Origin: Tubiluchus corallicola
Lineage: Eukaryota; Animalia; Priapulida
Assembly: GCA_030141605.1 (NCBI GenBank)
Contig: JAQGDQ010000004.1
Coordinates: 310,001 to 374,000 of the forward strand
Length of the DNA stretch: 64,000 nucleotides
Direction of reading: 5' to 3'
The translations under genes and the position numbers were made by a program. Of this stretch, positions 26,276 through 40,450 are shown piece after piece. Numbering within the stretch: the stretch's first letter is position 1; each line of letters opens with the position of its first letter. The notes under the pieces are model-generated. The model ran no database searches. It worked only from the letters and a program-made list of their open reading frames with translations, and was not told the DNA's origin.

Positions 26276-28474
26276 TTACTCCTAGATACCAGTCAGTGAT
26301 CCTTGTAACCATGAGAATATACCATTCCTAGATTCCTGGCAACCGGTTCGTGAACTATATCTACCTTCCTATCTCCTGTCTATTTAACTGCTGTGCCTTT
26401 ATTTATCTATCAGCCGAGTTAAATGGAAAAGAGCCTGGTTGGATTTTTCCATTTTAAAAAATTATCATACCCTTCTTTTAATTGCACTGCGTGCATGCTC
26501 CTATTCTGTCCAAACGTTAATGTTACCTATCGACTTGCTATTTATGCAAGCATCAAGCACTTAGTAAAATGTCACGTTTGTTGACTTAAGAAGCCATTGG
26601 TTAAAAGAGCGCATTATAACGAAGCCATGGTCTTGTAATAATGAGCGAAATTGCACTCACTTTTTACATTATGTATCCACATATTATTTACATTGCTTTT
26701 GTTCGCTTTTTCTGTTAGTTTCCTAATTATTTTCTGCGGTTTTGTTTATTCGTTGTTACTGACGTATTTCGTCACAGCTACAGCTTCAGCTTTTAGAAGC
26801 GCAAATGCTATTTGCTACAAAACGTTTATAGTAATGATTGCACTGCTTTGGCATGCTTTTGATTAATTCTAGAAAGAGGAATTAAAATGCTTAAGTCCTT
26901 TTGATGCGTTTTTTACTAAAGCAATAACACGTTGTTTAAACCAACATGTAACTAACTGCGTTCCTCTATTATTACAATATCGCCCATTGTATGCAAATAT
27001 GCTAGAAGAGAAGAGTGGAAACTTCTCTCCGAGAAAGAATTTGAGGAGCAGTAAACGAATTTTTATTGTTTGAACAGTTCAAATTTAATGCTGGTATAGT
27101 AGCCCTTATCATTGTCACTCCTAATTGTAGCAGTTTTATCCACGGGTAGGTTGTAGTTTCTTCAGCTAAAAGTAGATGGCGGAGGATGTACTACTAGGAT
27201 TTCTGTTATGCTTTTATGCGCCCGCCTCCCGATGTCGCGCAAAATTAGAGACTACTTACAGTATCTTTTTTAATGTAATGTAAATCATTATTTTTAGATT
27301 AAGGTTTTGCGTCAGTTGCAATTATTATCAAGTTGAGTTTTTATTTTTTTAAGGTAGGACTTTTGAGTACGGATGTGTGAATCTTATAACAGGAATTAGT
27401 GACCACCTTCTGCGCAATTAACTGTGATAGTCGTTTTGGAAAACTCGCGTTTTCGTCATGATCTTCAACCTAATCTTCTTATAAAATTACTGAGTAAAGT
27501 CATAAATGCACACTCTTTAGACAATAATTAGAAGAAAATGGATGCTCTTACAATTCAAGTCGCAATCGTTGATTTGGGAGAACAGTGAGTCCCTGGTTCG
27601 AATAGTTTGTTTCGTGAACTACATACTCGTTTTCTTTTTCTTTTTCTCTTCTTTTTTCTGTTATTCAATAGGGGTATATTTGGCCACTCATTTTTAATGA
27701 TACACAAAATTTAAGAATCATATATTTGTATACAGACTAATAATGTCTCTTTTTTAAACCTTACTCACATTCAGTTAAAATCTTGTTGTTTTTTTAATTA
27801 AAAACAAAAGTTCATTTGTGGTTCAACAAAGCCTACAATGCAGTTATATAGGGCCATGATGAGTATAATGGTATTAATAAAATTACCATTAGCTATTAGT
27901 TTGGACTACTTTTAATAATAACTGATAACATGCCTAAAAATACCAGATAATATTTATTAAATACGGCCACATCGAAATGATTGAAATAGCTATTTTTGCC
28001 AAAACTTGTTCTCTAAAAATAATTTGAGAAATAACTCAAAATCGCTTAACAGCTTTCTTGGTTATTAAGCATGTTCCTTTCCTCAAACAGATTTTGTGTT
28101 GAAACTTAAACGAGGCAAGTGCTCAAATTGCTACGTAAACCCGAGAAAAATTCAAAGCAATTTTCGCTCTTTCCTAAAATAAACTCTGTTCTTTATTTTT
28201 ATTAACACAACAAAATTGCAATTAACTTTTCCCCATAACGTTGTAAAGTGATGTAAATGAAAAAGCATTCAGTTACTAATTGAATCTGGCAATTCACAAT
28301 AAAATTTGCATGAAAAATTCCCATGTGATAAAATAATTAATCATTTTGGTTTCTCTTAACACACTTGCCAGCGTTAATTTTCTATTTTCATCAGTTTATA
28401 ATGCTGTCTCGTCGATTATGATAATTTTTATAAAAGATAGTGAGCGAAACAGATGGAATGTAAAATTTCCTAGC

Positions 28475-28804
28475 CATAGATGGCAGCACTTCATTGGTGT
28501 TCAGTGAAATGCACGGCGAAGTTCCCATCTAAACAGAACGGTGAAATGGCGATTTATTTTATACTAAACGACATTAGAATAATTTGACAGAATTGTGTTT
28601 TCCAATGCGCCAAATATTTTAAAGCCCGACTAATATAAGCTATTGAGAATTTTTATGTTGAGGTTTCAGCACAACCGTTTCCTACTATTTTTGCTGCGGC
28701 TGCTTGAGTGGTTACGAATACATGTAGAGCACAAGAAACTGTCGTTTAGAAGCTCAACGATAGATGGCAGCAGTAGCTAGTGGCAAATAGGTACTCTAGT
28801 GGCA
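28475..28804. promoter_or_regulatory. Cluster of CTCF-like motifs
   Basis: CATAGATGGCAGCACT (28475-28490) and TAGATGGCAGCAG (28761-28773), then opposite-orientation GCTAGTGGC (28776-28784) and CTCTAGTGGC (28794-28803). Confidence 0.35.
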
Positions 28805-30349
28805 AAAAATAAAATTCCTCTATAATTATACGCGACAAATTTATTTGCGCATTCTTTTACTGAACCAGTCATCTGAGGCTGAATATGCCTGTGTCAGATG
28901 TTTCAATCATCTGGACTCATTTGCAAAGGATTTACAAACCGAGCTATAATATTTAATATTTGCCTGCTGCTGGTTAGATGTTCATTCATGTTCAAATATT
29001 CCACGTGTGACTTTTTTATCATATGCATTTGTTATCATGAAGTGGCCTCATATTTAAAAGCCATTGTTTGAGGGCATGTTTGTGAAATATAACAACCCTT
29101 TTATGTAATAACGCTCTTCATGGCAAATTTCTAATCTTTTTTTTCTACTCCTCCTTTTAAGAGGTACAACATATGAAATTGTACATTCTCCTTTTTTCCG
29201 ATGATGTCTATATGGACTACAGAAACTATTGCAAAAACACTCGGCTAATTATTGGCTGTTGGAAGATCAATTAAATGATGAAGTTTTTATTTTTCGCTGC
29301 GGAACTTACATCTTGAATTACGTCATAAAAAAGCCATCAGTACCAATTTCGTAGATGTTATGCCCTAGACACTCGTCAGTGCTGGATGTCTAGTTGGTCT
29401 AGCCAGCAAGCAACCAAATCTGGCAATAATGGTGAAATGCCTGGGATTTTCTGCGAGCAATTGTTTGTTTTGCTGAACGGATTACACCTATTAGTATTGA
29501 GCATGCTTTGCAATTTTATGTTCCCGTCCACAATAGAAGCGGGCGGGCAGTGCTTGAGGCCAGTACGAGAGAGCAGACTTAAAAGCTGTAAAACTTGACT
29601 CGTTAATCCTATATGTCCTCCAAGTACTTCAGTCAGAGAATTGTTCCTATGAGCTATATATGTATTATAGCTTTGCTTTTGACTCCTTTGGGTGAGAACA
29701 TTTTAATGATGGCGGTTACGATCCTCTATTTAGGTCTCGAACGTTGCCAAATTTTTAAACTACACACATTCTTATTTGTGTGAACTTATGTGTGAAAATT
29801 ATGCGTGAAGTCATGTGCACTACGTGATTAGAAACTGCTGTAAATTTGTAAAAATTCCAGTTAATGATTGAAGCGTTTTTAAATTTTGAAAGCCTCTGAT
29901 TTGGGCGAAACATTCTCACAGAATAAAAAACAACTGTCTCATAAGTCGACACTACATTGTTGATAATCCTGGTCCACACTGATAAAAATTTCAATCAAAG
30001 ATGACAAAGAGAAGTAAGGCAAATGAGCTTTAATTACCTACAAAGACCACTAATTAACTATTGTTGAATGCTAAAAAAGTTTTAAAAGAACATCGGCCTT
30101 ATAGAAGGTTGCAAAACTTATAGCAGCATTAAAAATAGTCTTAGCTGAGAATAAAATTTAGACTTTGAGTGGTAACAGCAACGTGATTTTTTCCCAAATT
30201 AGAATTCTTAGGCCACTCTGAACTCGTAATGTATTTCATACTGACAGCTATTTTTCGTTAAGGATGTACAAACGCATTATCTAAAGTTCAGGGAAACTCA
30301 GAATGGGTGAGTAATGTAGTTAAACTGAGTTTAATTGCTGTTAAAACAT

Positions 30350-30880
30350 GCCGTATTCCTCTTGGCAACGTTAATGAGAATATAATGGCATTTCTCTGCA
30401 ACAGTTAATGCTTTCCTTTAAAAAGAATTTCCACCATCCCTGAAGATTTGAAGATATGGTTAGCAATTATTTTTCTGCTTTGTGCTGAGTAACGCAGAAA
30501 TTGGTTTTATAGGTTTTGTGTCTTGGCACTTGATAGTACAAAGGGACAGTAATTACTTCATGAAAGAATGCACTGTGTCTAAAAAAGTTCTTAAATGTTC
30601 AAATTCTCTTCAAAATAAATCGACCTATCCTACTGCTTCCTTCACACAACTAATCAGATATTTTCTGTTTTTGAATTATTAATTCCAATACTTCATATCA
30701 GAACTTCAATGTCTTCCCTTATAAAAGAAATTTGTTGAATAACCACACACATTACAAATTATGAACCCATTTTTCATGCACAACAGTTAACAAATCTAGT
30801 CTCGTTTATTCTCATCCAATTTAGTCTACAGCGACTCCATTCTCATCGGTAATATACTTGTTTTAGTCGCCAGCTTGTCT
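30350..30880 (-). mobile_element. Possible highly decayed LINE remnant
   Basis: Minus-strand VITVPLY (30556-30536) followed by KPISALL (30507-30487) resembles the RT N-terminal 'IVPIYK...YRPISLL'. IICNVCG (30762-30742) resembles APE 'NVYGP'. The matches are short and weak. Confidence 0.25.
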
Positions 30881-32399
30881 TAAGTGATATACGGTGCGCA
30901 TTTGGGTACAAGATTCTCATCTAGATAATTTTGTTTTGCATCACAACTACCTTCTTTTTCTCTTCTTAGTTTTCTGTTCTCACATTACCGATCTTTTATT
31001 ACATACATGAAATGTTATATAATCTTAATTTTATTAAGCCTATGCTTACTCCGTTAATATCATCTTTTGTTCTTAGTTCTCACTATGCACAGGTTTAGTC
31101 TTTCTCGGTCTATCTTGTTATCTGTGTCCTGTTGCCATCATTAATTCTCTTCGTTTCGCCGTATTTAGTTCTTCTGTTATTACCTTACTTGCATTATATA
31201 TTACATAAATATGTTTCCCACACTATAAATATTATTATATAGATCTTACTTCTCTCTTAATCCCCGAACTCCTTTAATTCGAATTCTGTATCATCTGATC
31301 TGCATGCACATTACCTAGGATATAAACTGTTCGATTATGGATTCTACACACATTGTCGTGATAACTATGTCGTACAACTTCGCCATTTTCAACGCCTGCA
31401 CTTTTCAGCAGCCCAGAAAAGTCTAAACAAAGTGGGGTTACGTGGTCCAATCTCGAGAGAAACACAATTTTGAGAATGACTACTCCAATTTGTTATAATA
31501 CGTTTCTTAACTTTTATGGTGATTATACATATAAACAAAAATCATTATAAATTTATCTTGTTTTGTTCTTATGACGCTCATCATGTACGCGTATCGCGTC
31601 GGAACGCTGCAGTTTGAAAAGAGGCTTACATTTCTCGTTCAGTCTGGACCTTTATAAGGACCTACTCATTGAGTTCGCCATATCAAAGTTTGTGTTCCCA
31701 CCATTATTTATCTTCAATCTAACCGTCCGCAAATATCACCAAACAAAAAGGGAACATAATTCCAGTCTTGCAAAACAAGTTTGTAAATTCTCTTTACATC
31801 ATTGCTCATTCAAAGAGTTAATGTAAGTACGCCCTGGGCTATACAATTTTTACTTCTACTAAAAACCATTTTCTCGCACAAGTTGCAATGCAGCCGTCTT
31901 CATAAATGTCAAACTTTATTATTAGTTTTGCATTCCTGATGCAGAGTTTTCGGACATTTGGTCGCATGGAAAGATGATCGTTTTTAACTACAAATGCTTA
32001 TTTTTTGTGATGCGTTTGCTCTTTAAACCTAACCTTCAGAATTTTTAAACACGTAACCGCATAATGATTACGAAATAACATTCTCTACTTCTTTTCATGT
32101 AGATTTATAAACCTGTCAGGAAATAGGCATTATTTTTTTACGACGCTGCGCCTAAAAATGTCCAAGAACATCTTCAGTTCCGACGCAAATGTGCAGTAAG
32201 AAAAAAAATCATCCTTCAGCCTCACAATCTTCATGCTTTTATAAGTGTTAGAAACCTTATAAAAATTAAAACCTTAATAGAAACCTTAAAAGTACATTAG
32301 GATTTAAACTATTTGTATAGGAATCTTGTTTTGTAGGGGTTAAACAAAGCTGTATGCTATGCCCCGCCCCCGCCTTTTTTCGTTATGTATTAACACTAT

Positions 32400-33990
32400 A
32401 CACTTATTATTTGATCCCTTGATGCCAACCCTATTAATATAAGCGGTTTTACGACAAACTGCCTTATTTGCTGACGATATGGTATTAACTTCAAGATCCG
32501 AATCCCGACTACAGTACGGTATCAATAAGATAAAAAAGAATATTGTGAGGAATGGATGCTAAAATTTAATACTCAAAAGACACAAGTAGTCGTGTTCAAC
32601 AAGACAGGCAGGGTTTTAAGAACTCAAACATTTTACAGCTCTCAAAAACTAGAATCCTTCGAATCTTATAAATATTTGGATATTTTCGCGTCAGGCTCTA
32701 TGCGGCAAAACTCCACCAAGCTTAAAGATAAAACGTTAAAGGTATTGTAAACTATAAAAAATGCCTTAAATACAATACTAACCCTTTTGCAGGAATTAAT
32801 AATATTTGAGCAAACTGTTGTGTATCTGGGAATCTGATATTACTAAAACTAATTAAAACTCTCACACGCAGAGTAACTTTGATAAAGTTACAAGCGAAGC
32901 TAAAAGATGTTACTATCAAATTACATAGATTCCTATCAATTTAAAAAAAGTTGGGCAAATATGCTACAAGAGTTGAACTAGGCGGTTACCTTGTCTTTCT
33001 AAAAATAATTAGAAATGTTATTAATTACTAATTACATATTCTGAATCAACCTGTAGACAGTTATGTTTGTCAATCATACGAAGAGATATTAACTTATGGC
33101 TAACAGTTATGGCTAAGCAGTATGCACTGTTAGGCTAACTTTGTCAAAGAAATATTACACACAATGACTTCAATCATAACTGGGAAAATCAGGGTATTTT
33201 CTCTCGTAAATACTTTTTCAAGAAATTGGATGAAAGAATAAAGAATGATTATGTACACTTCTGGAAAAATGAAATCTACGACGATAACAAAATTGGTCAA
33301 AATAAATTACTAACATCTTTAGATTAGAATAATATTAGAATCTTTAAAACGCACTATCAGTTAGAGAACTATTTGCTTTTTGGTCTCAGTAACTACGCCG
33401 TAACTAAATACACCAAACTTAGAATTAACTCCTATTCGCAGTAAATTGAAAAAAGGAACATACCGTAAATCAAGAAAAATTCCTGTATACATTGCATAAT
33501 CACATCTGTACATTTTACAATACTAACGAAACTGAAGATGAACAATACTTCGTAACTAGATATCCTTTTAACAATGACTTGACAGTTTTATTTTATAATA
33601 AATAACATCAATTGTACAAAAATTTAGTGAAATTAACGATAATGATAAATTTGTTTTTATATGAGTAGCAATGATACAGAAATTGTAAAACTGACTATAA
33701 ATTTCGTCCCATATTTCTATTAGCTAAATGTTAGCTCTGAGTCTTTGTTTTCTATTACTAATGTACTAATGCCGTGCAGAAACGTGTAACTGATACAACT
33801 ATAGTGTTTTTGCATTTCAACTGTTGTCAAACAACTATTTCTTTTTGATAATTTCTTGCTTATTTATGTTGTTTGTATATAGTTTGCACTGTGTATGTTT
33901 AGTGTCAAAACATTTCATTTGTTGAAATTGCAACAGTGTTGTAAAACATACATAATATATTTGTCCTATGGCACTAATAAATATGAAATG
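32400..33990 (+). mobile_element. 5'-truncated, decayed non-LTR retrotransposon (RTEX-like) reverse transcriptase and 3' end
   Basis: LFADDMVLTSRSESRLQ (FADD at 32467-32478), then YCEEWMLKFNTQKTQVVVFNK, YKYL, ELGGYL (cf. ELGRYP), KLRI...IEK and a NETEDEQYF C-terminal motif. Frameshifted throughout. Ends near AATAAATATGAAATG. Confidence 0.85.
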
Positions 33991-35192
33991 TATACGCAGA
34001 TTTATAATTTTCTCACACAGCTAATATTAACAAATAAACTTCAATACCTATAAGAGGGTTGAGAAATTTGGAAATGTTCTATAAAATTAAGAACCACAGC
34101 TTTTTATAATTTTCTGTGTGGAAAGTTCTGTGTGGTATGTGTGCAAGACCTTGATCTCAAAGACTCCTATCACTTTCTCAAGATTTCTTCATGCAGAGAC
34201 TGCAATGCCAGCAACCTGTCAGAAGGAAACTGATTTATGTAAAGAGTAGGATGGGTTTAAAATCGTTTTGCAAACTGAATTGAAACAGGTGAAGTTAGAC
34301 AGCTATTGTTGAGCCACAGCAGGAAGCGCCTCTATTATCATTAGAGAAGAGTTGAGGCGTATAGAACACATTCCTTCTTAAATTCCACCATAAATTAAAT
34401 GAAGTTTCTTTCGACGTGCTTTGCGGCATGGACCTGTCTATAATAATGGCTCGCTTGGATTAACTGATTACAGCAAATGTAGGTAATATCAATTTGGGAC
34501 GACAAGTAGAGAAACGATTCAATAATGTGACAAAGGTATTCTAAAACACCGAGTAAATTTGTATTTTGAAAATTTGTTTAATTTCTGAAAGATGGAAAAA
34601 AATCAATTATATTTTTACAGTTCAATTAGCTAACCTAGACGGTGCAGTAAAAGGATAACTAAGTAGAATTCTTAACAATCGTGTAAATGACGTTGTCTGG
34701 TCCTCTAATTTTATCACACCAAGAACATAGTAAACATAATTTTACGTCACAAATTAACGTGACTATAACTACATTCTAATATGAGTATATGAAAATCCGG
34801 AACGTAGACCAAACACAATTTTCAGTGAATTTTAAACAATATCCATTACAGATAGAGAAAAACTTGACAATGTGTCTGCAACACTTTAAATGTTCACTTG
34901 GAGGCTGACAAAACATTTAACATAGACGTCAGTATTACAGTCTTTTTTTTTTGGTTATCAAGGTCATCCATGGTAATTGTTAGAAACCGCAAAATGTACG
35001 TGTCAAGTTACACTTCTAGCAAGTACAATTGTTGCACTAGATGCTTAACTGAAATTGAAAGATTTTTGTATATACCAATACTGTGTGTACGAGGCCGTTT
35101 TTCACTGAATAGCTACCGGTCCATGTTCTCAATTCTCAGTGGATCTTGCGCAACTATGACCCACATTTTAATGGAAAAGAAACAGATCCAGT

Positions 35193-35193
<1 letters not shown>

Positions 35194-35252
<59 letters not shown>
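35194..35252. repeat. (AAT)n microsatellite
   Basis: Directly visible. It explains the poly-Asn in ORF 34898..35260. Confidence 0.97.
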
Positions 35253-38200
35253 GTGGTTAAAACTGTGGTTTGCAAATATCTCTCGCTAATCAGGTGTGTG
35301 CTGGTCTGAATACTTGGAATATTAGTTTTAGTTTGGCTGAAGCAATTGAAGCATTATTTTGGTGAGTTCCAGACAACATAGCATTGAAAGGCCTCGCGTT
35401 GCTCACTTTTTATTTTGGAACTCTTCAGAAACGTAAGAAGTTCATGAACAGCAATATAACGTTCAGTAGACCACATGTCACACGTGCAATATATATCCAT
35501 TTATATTTTTTTGATCTGGTCTTTCAGAATTCTTGACGTTCCATGGTAGTTAGCACGCCATTGCCTAGACTTGTACACTTATGCGCAAAAGTATGAGGTG
35601 TTTTATCATTAACCCCTTGCATGGGAGAGGTTGCATAAACGGTGGTCATATAGGTCCTGTATGACACACATATCATCATTCATACTTATGCGCAGGAACA
35701 ATCCATGCAGGGACAATATAGCTACTTTCGCGAATGGAATGGAATGGTAACGCAGGCTATGTGAAACATTTTGCCGTACAGCTATTTATGAAGCCTATCA
35801 TCATTTACACTTTTGAACAGGAGCGAGCTTCACGAATGGAAGGTGGCACAAACAACTCGTGGTAACTGCTATTTGAGTGCATTCTTGAATATTACCGGGG
35901 AATAATTTAAGATGAACCATTTCGTCGTTCGCACTCTTACATACGGGAAGCAGCGCGAAAAATGCTCACACAACAATGTGCAAAACGGTTGATGTACACA
36001 TGATGTTCCATCATTTGAGCTTTTGCGTAGTGAAAATTGTGTGAATAGCGTCGTCATGCAGCTGCTGTATGCAAACTTTTCTCCCCTCGCGTCGCAGCAT
36101 GACGCTTTACATGTTTCAAAAATACTGTTCTTTTTGCCATACGAGCTTTTATAACACCGCTAAGAGTTCGAAAGAAAAAACTTGAATGGCGCATTTGTCT
36201 ACGTGAAAGCTACGGCATTTTATAATCAAAATCCTGGCGCGTAGACCCACTAATATCGTTTTACACCCGTGGTGTAACATAGTAAAAATTATATTGAGCA
36301 CAAAAATTACATAATAATTTCCTGCTAAGGGATATAATTTAAATTTTACGGGTATTATAAGTCACGTATTATGCACAACGCTGTGAAAATCGTTGAATAA
36401 TTTTTCACAATATGTTACCTATAGGCCTATAGAACCAATACCCGTTTTGTCTGACGCTTCGTCACAATGAAGCGGTTAGCACAGTTAAAATACCATTCAT
36501 AAATTTTTTGCTTATACAGTGTGTACAATGTACATAGACCTCTGAACACTTTCCCTGTCGACTACTGCGTACAGAATCGATTTCTGTTTGAAATGTATTA
36601 CTTGAAAAGCAATGCAAGTTGCCAATTGGACCACTTTTATTTGGCAGAGGACTTGATCAGCCGCAGACTAGTATAATCTCGGTGTTTGTGTGTTTGCAGA
36701 GATTATCCTTGATCCCTATCTCGTAATCTTTAGCCGTTTCCACTCGGTTTAATCTGTCGGCTTTACCTTCACTTCACAAGTTCACTTTGGATGAAATCAT
36801 CATCATATCTTGTCTGACCATCTTTATTTCATCTGACAGGGTCGATTCTTGAACCAGTTTATAAAACTCTTAAATCCTGCCAACGAAAGTGATAACCATG
36901 TTGAAGCAGTTTATAAAGCAGTTTCGAGAAACGAAATTTTTAGGATTATTTTCACAACGTCTGCCTGCATTAAATGTGCTTAATTGGAGTATTTGAAGCG
37001 ATGAAATAGAATAAATACTTTTACAGACCAGCATCGTCGTTTACTTGTTTTTACGCATCTTATTTTGTTTTGTGATAGCTCAAATCATTATTTCTGATTC
37101 ACATTAAATTTTCACAATAACTTTTTCAAATATTTCATTTTGAAAATAACGAAGCAAAACACGCACCTATCATACGATGTTCAGTAGTGGCTTTGTCATT
37201 TTTTTGTTATGAATACTTTAAAAAATACTAGCTTGAAATATTATAGTTGATTATTGTCTAATTACCCATGAGCTTCTGTTTCGGCTAGGATTTCGGTTTA
37301 ATTGACAAGATCCGTTTCCGCTCATTAAATCTACCAGTCAAAATGTCCGGTCGGTAAGCTCATTAATTATGTATGCCAGAGTGGCCAAAAATAAGATCAG
37401 TAACAAGACTTAAAGGAAGCGCTTCCAGCGTTTCCCACACTATAGCCAAACCAACTTAGTTTTACCTCGTTTACAGTAGTGAGCCATTCTTTATACTTGG
37501 TGACAATACGAGGAGCTTAGTTGTCTAAGTAAACGACAATATCCGCCAAATTTCCTCCATTTCCGACGAATTTCGCAACAAAACGCTCCTAGCTAAAACC
37601 AAAAATAAACATACTTGCTGTTATTTTCACCTTTAGTTACTGATTCGTAAGGGATACGTTTACTTTCACAACAAATGTACAATAAACTTGGGGGGTGCTT
37701 TTAAATACAAGAAGACAAATTCTATAACGCTGTAAGTAATTATAACCGTTCACGTTTTTAAGAAATATAGAAAAATCAAATTAATTTGTTAAAAACCAGA
37801 AAGCGAAAAAGTTTTTTGTCCACCCCCCTTTTTTATTGTACGCTTGACTGCACGAGACTTATACGTGGTGGCAAAAGATCAGTGTGTAAGTTACACCTGC
37901 TCGATATGTCTCTCCCACATTTGTCACATTTCTCTGGGGAGAGAAGGGGACTATTTAGAGCGGAATCATTAATCCAGAATAATGATGACTTCCCTGTTAA
38001 AGATGTATTTAGTAAAAACGGTTTTTTTTTGTTTTCGCAGTTCAGATAGTGTTGTAACTGATGGCGCAGTTTGCCAGTTCTACATTTTTTTAAATTTATT
38101 TGGACACAATGTGTTCTGTAAGTTGAGGTATAATTTTCAAATTAAGTATAAAGCGTGATTTTTTCTGAATAGCAATGCATCATCTGAAAATTTGCAGATG

Positions 38201-39899
38201 ACCCTGTTATTTATTAGTTAATGAATTTGATAATTTTTCAAAATCATTAAGCAAGATTAAAATAACTTCCACCCTATTTCATTACAAGCTTGAAAACTTA
38301 GAAAAGCTAAAGACAGTCGAACAAACTCTGCAATTAAAGGCTTCTAGAATTTACTTGCAGTTAATTAGTGCATAATAACTTTTAGATTATCCTTTTTTCA
38401 ACAAAATGAAGTGATTGTTTTTCAAACTACTCTAAATATACTAGAAGACTGCTATCACAGACTGCAAAGCATTGGTTTATACACATCGAGCTAAACTTAC
38501 GTTTTATCATCTTCACTAAACTCTGGTATGCAATTCTCAGGGGACCTCTATTAATAGCTGCAACCCACCGGTCTGGTCTTGACTAATTGCTTAATTACAG
38601 GTGCGGCAAGGTATGAATTTCACAAACCAAGTCTTAGTCTAATTACCTGACTTAACTGAAAACAATACAAAGCGACCCTTTGTGGATGCTGCGTGGGTTA
38701 ACGTTGAATGTAGTTACTATCTGAATTACATAATAAATCTTGCCATTTTAGCGTTCAAAATTGGATCAAATCGTTGGTGGTCGATTAGCCGTATAGCTAA
38801 ATAAATTAATTATAAATTTCTCAGGAAGATCTCAGTTGAGTTCGGAAATAAGCAACTAAGGAAAACCAAGTAAGGGAATCTAATATATATTTGTTGAGCC
38901 TACATTCGGTGAATCCTCCGAATTCATTTTTATTGCGCACTTCTTAACTACGTTAATTTGCTAAACAATGATTAACAATGAAACACGAATAACTATTATG
39001 TTCAATAAATAAACCAATAACAAAGCAATGTACTGAAAAATAAAGAAAGCTTAGTTGAATTTAGTCCATTCTGAAGTCTGTGTCTGAGGTGGTTTATCAA
39101 ACTAGTTGAATCCATACCCCATAACTAGTTCTTTGCAGACGTTGTTCTTTGAGTTTCCTTGTGCCTGAACATTCCATTTGTTTACAGACAATTACAAGAA
39201 TATTATAAATCGGCCCAAACTGGCAAAGGCTGAAGAAATTTCCAGTTCTTTCAGCATTAATATAGCCGAGAGGTTCCAAAGTGCATCTAAGGCCCGAAAT
39301 TGAACAACGTCGAACTATTTTTCAGTAGTCAGTTAAAGGAAAACCGGACCCAATCTTAATCTATAGCTCAGAACAATCTAAGCTATAAAATACTGAAAAC
39401 GAACATGTTACTTTTTTTTACGGACGACCTATGTGAAAGAATTATTACCACAGAAACTTAATTTCACGTTCGCGCGAATAGTTCTTCGCTGCTATATGCA
39501 TTTCGCCATTCCCTAGATAGACGGGTACCGGCGCCGGTATTTCGGAAACGCGTTACGCAGAAAACAGGCGCTCTACCTAGCACTTCATATGTGCTCAATT
39601 GTGATGTGGCGCATACGTTCAGTATGTTCGCACAGTAAAGCTAATTATTTAATTTTTTGAATTTAAAATTCGCCGAATTTTGTGTATCACACTAAATGTT
39701 TTTACAGTAGCACTGCACTTCATCTAGTCTTCGCTTTCGCAAACACGTGCAACACGGTCGTGGAATGTTTGTGCTGTTGAAAATCATGTTTACTTGTGAC
39801 GTCATCACTAATTGGGTTCACCGATTGTTAATTAAGTTTTCAACCTATTATTTATTATTATAGGTTGAATTATTAATTAATTAATACACACAATTTCGT

Positions 39900-40450
39900 T
39901 CATCCTGTCTCCAAACATAATAAATAAAATGCTTTAGCTACTTCTAAATCACAACTTCCCATCAAGAATACAAATTTATCAGAATCGCTTATAAGGATAA
40001 ATTCTGGTATAACTGCATTGATGTGATTATTATAAGGTTCCTCTAAGGTCACTGTAATATGGACATTTTATAAAAAAGTGTAGTTCATCTTCGAGTTCAT
40101 TTCTTAAATAGCATGAAATATACGATTTTCCTAGATTCAGCGCATCTCCCTCTCAATACACAAAGTATGCGAGTTGATTCTCAGTTCTGTAAAAAAAATG
40201 GCAAACACAGCTGCATGTTTGAAATAACCAGAAAGTAGTATTCTAGTTGGAAGATTTCTATATTCTCTTGAAGGTTTGGTACGTTCGCAGTTTGTCTTGT
40301 CTATCTGGTTTATCGCTTTAGATTTCTTCTTTAACTATTAGGGTATAATCAGTTTTTATTTTTTTCTAATTTATTAAGTAGTCGTTTAGGTGAAAACGAC
40401 GTCTGCTTATTCCAAACACGTTCAAAGCCCTATTCACAAAATATATACCT
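39900..40450 (-). mobile_element. 3' fragment of RTEX-like LINE
   Basis: Minus-strand KLRTYQTFK (40293-40267), TELRINSHTLCIER (from 40190), EDELHFFIKCPYYSDLR (from 40092) and DKFVFLMGS are the conserved ORF2 C-terminal motifs also seen in the 32400-33990 copy. Confidence 0.8.

Noticed and set aside
34150-34290. CR1/L2-like C-terminal FFMQR...FK resemblance
   Set aside because: Too short and degraded to support.
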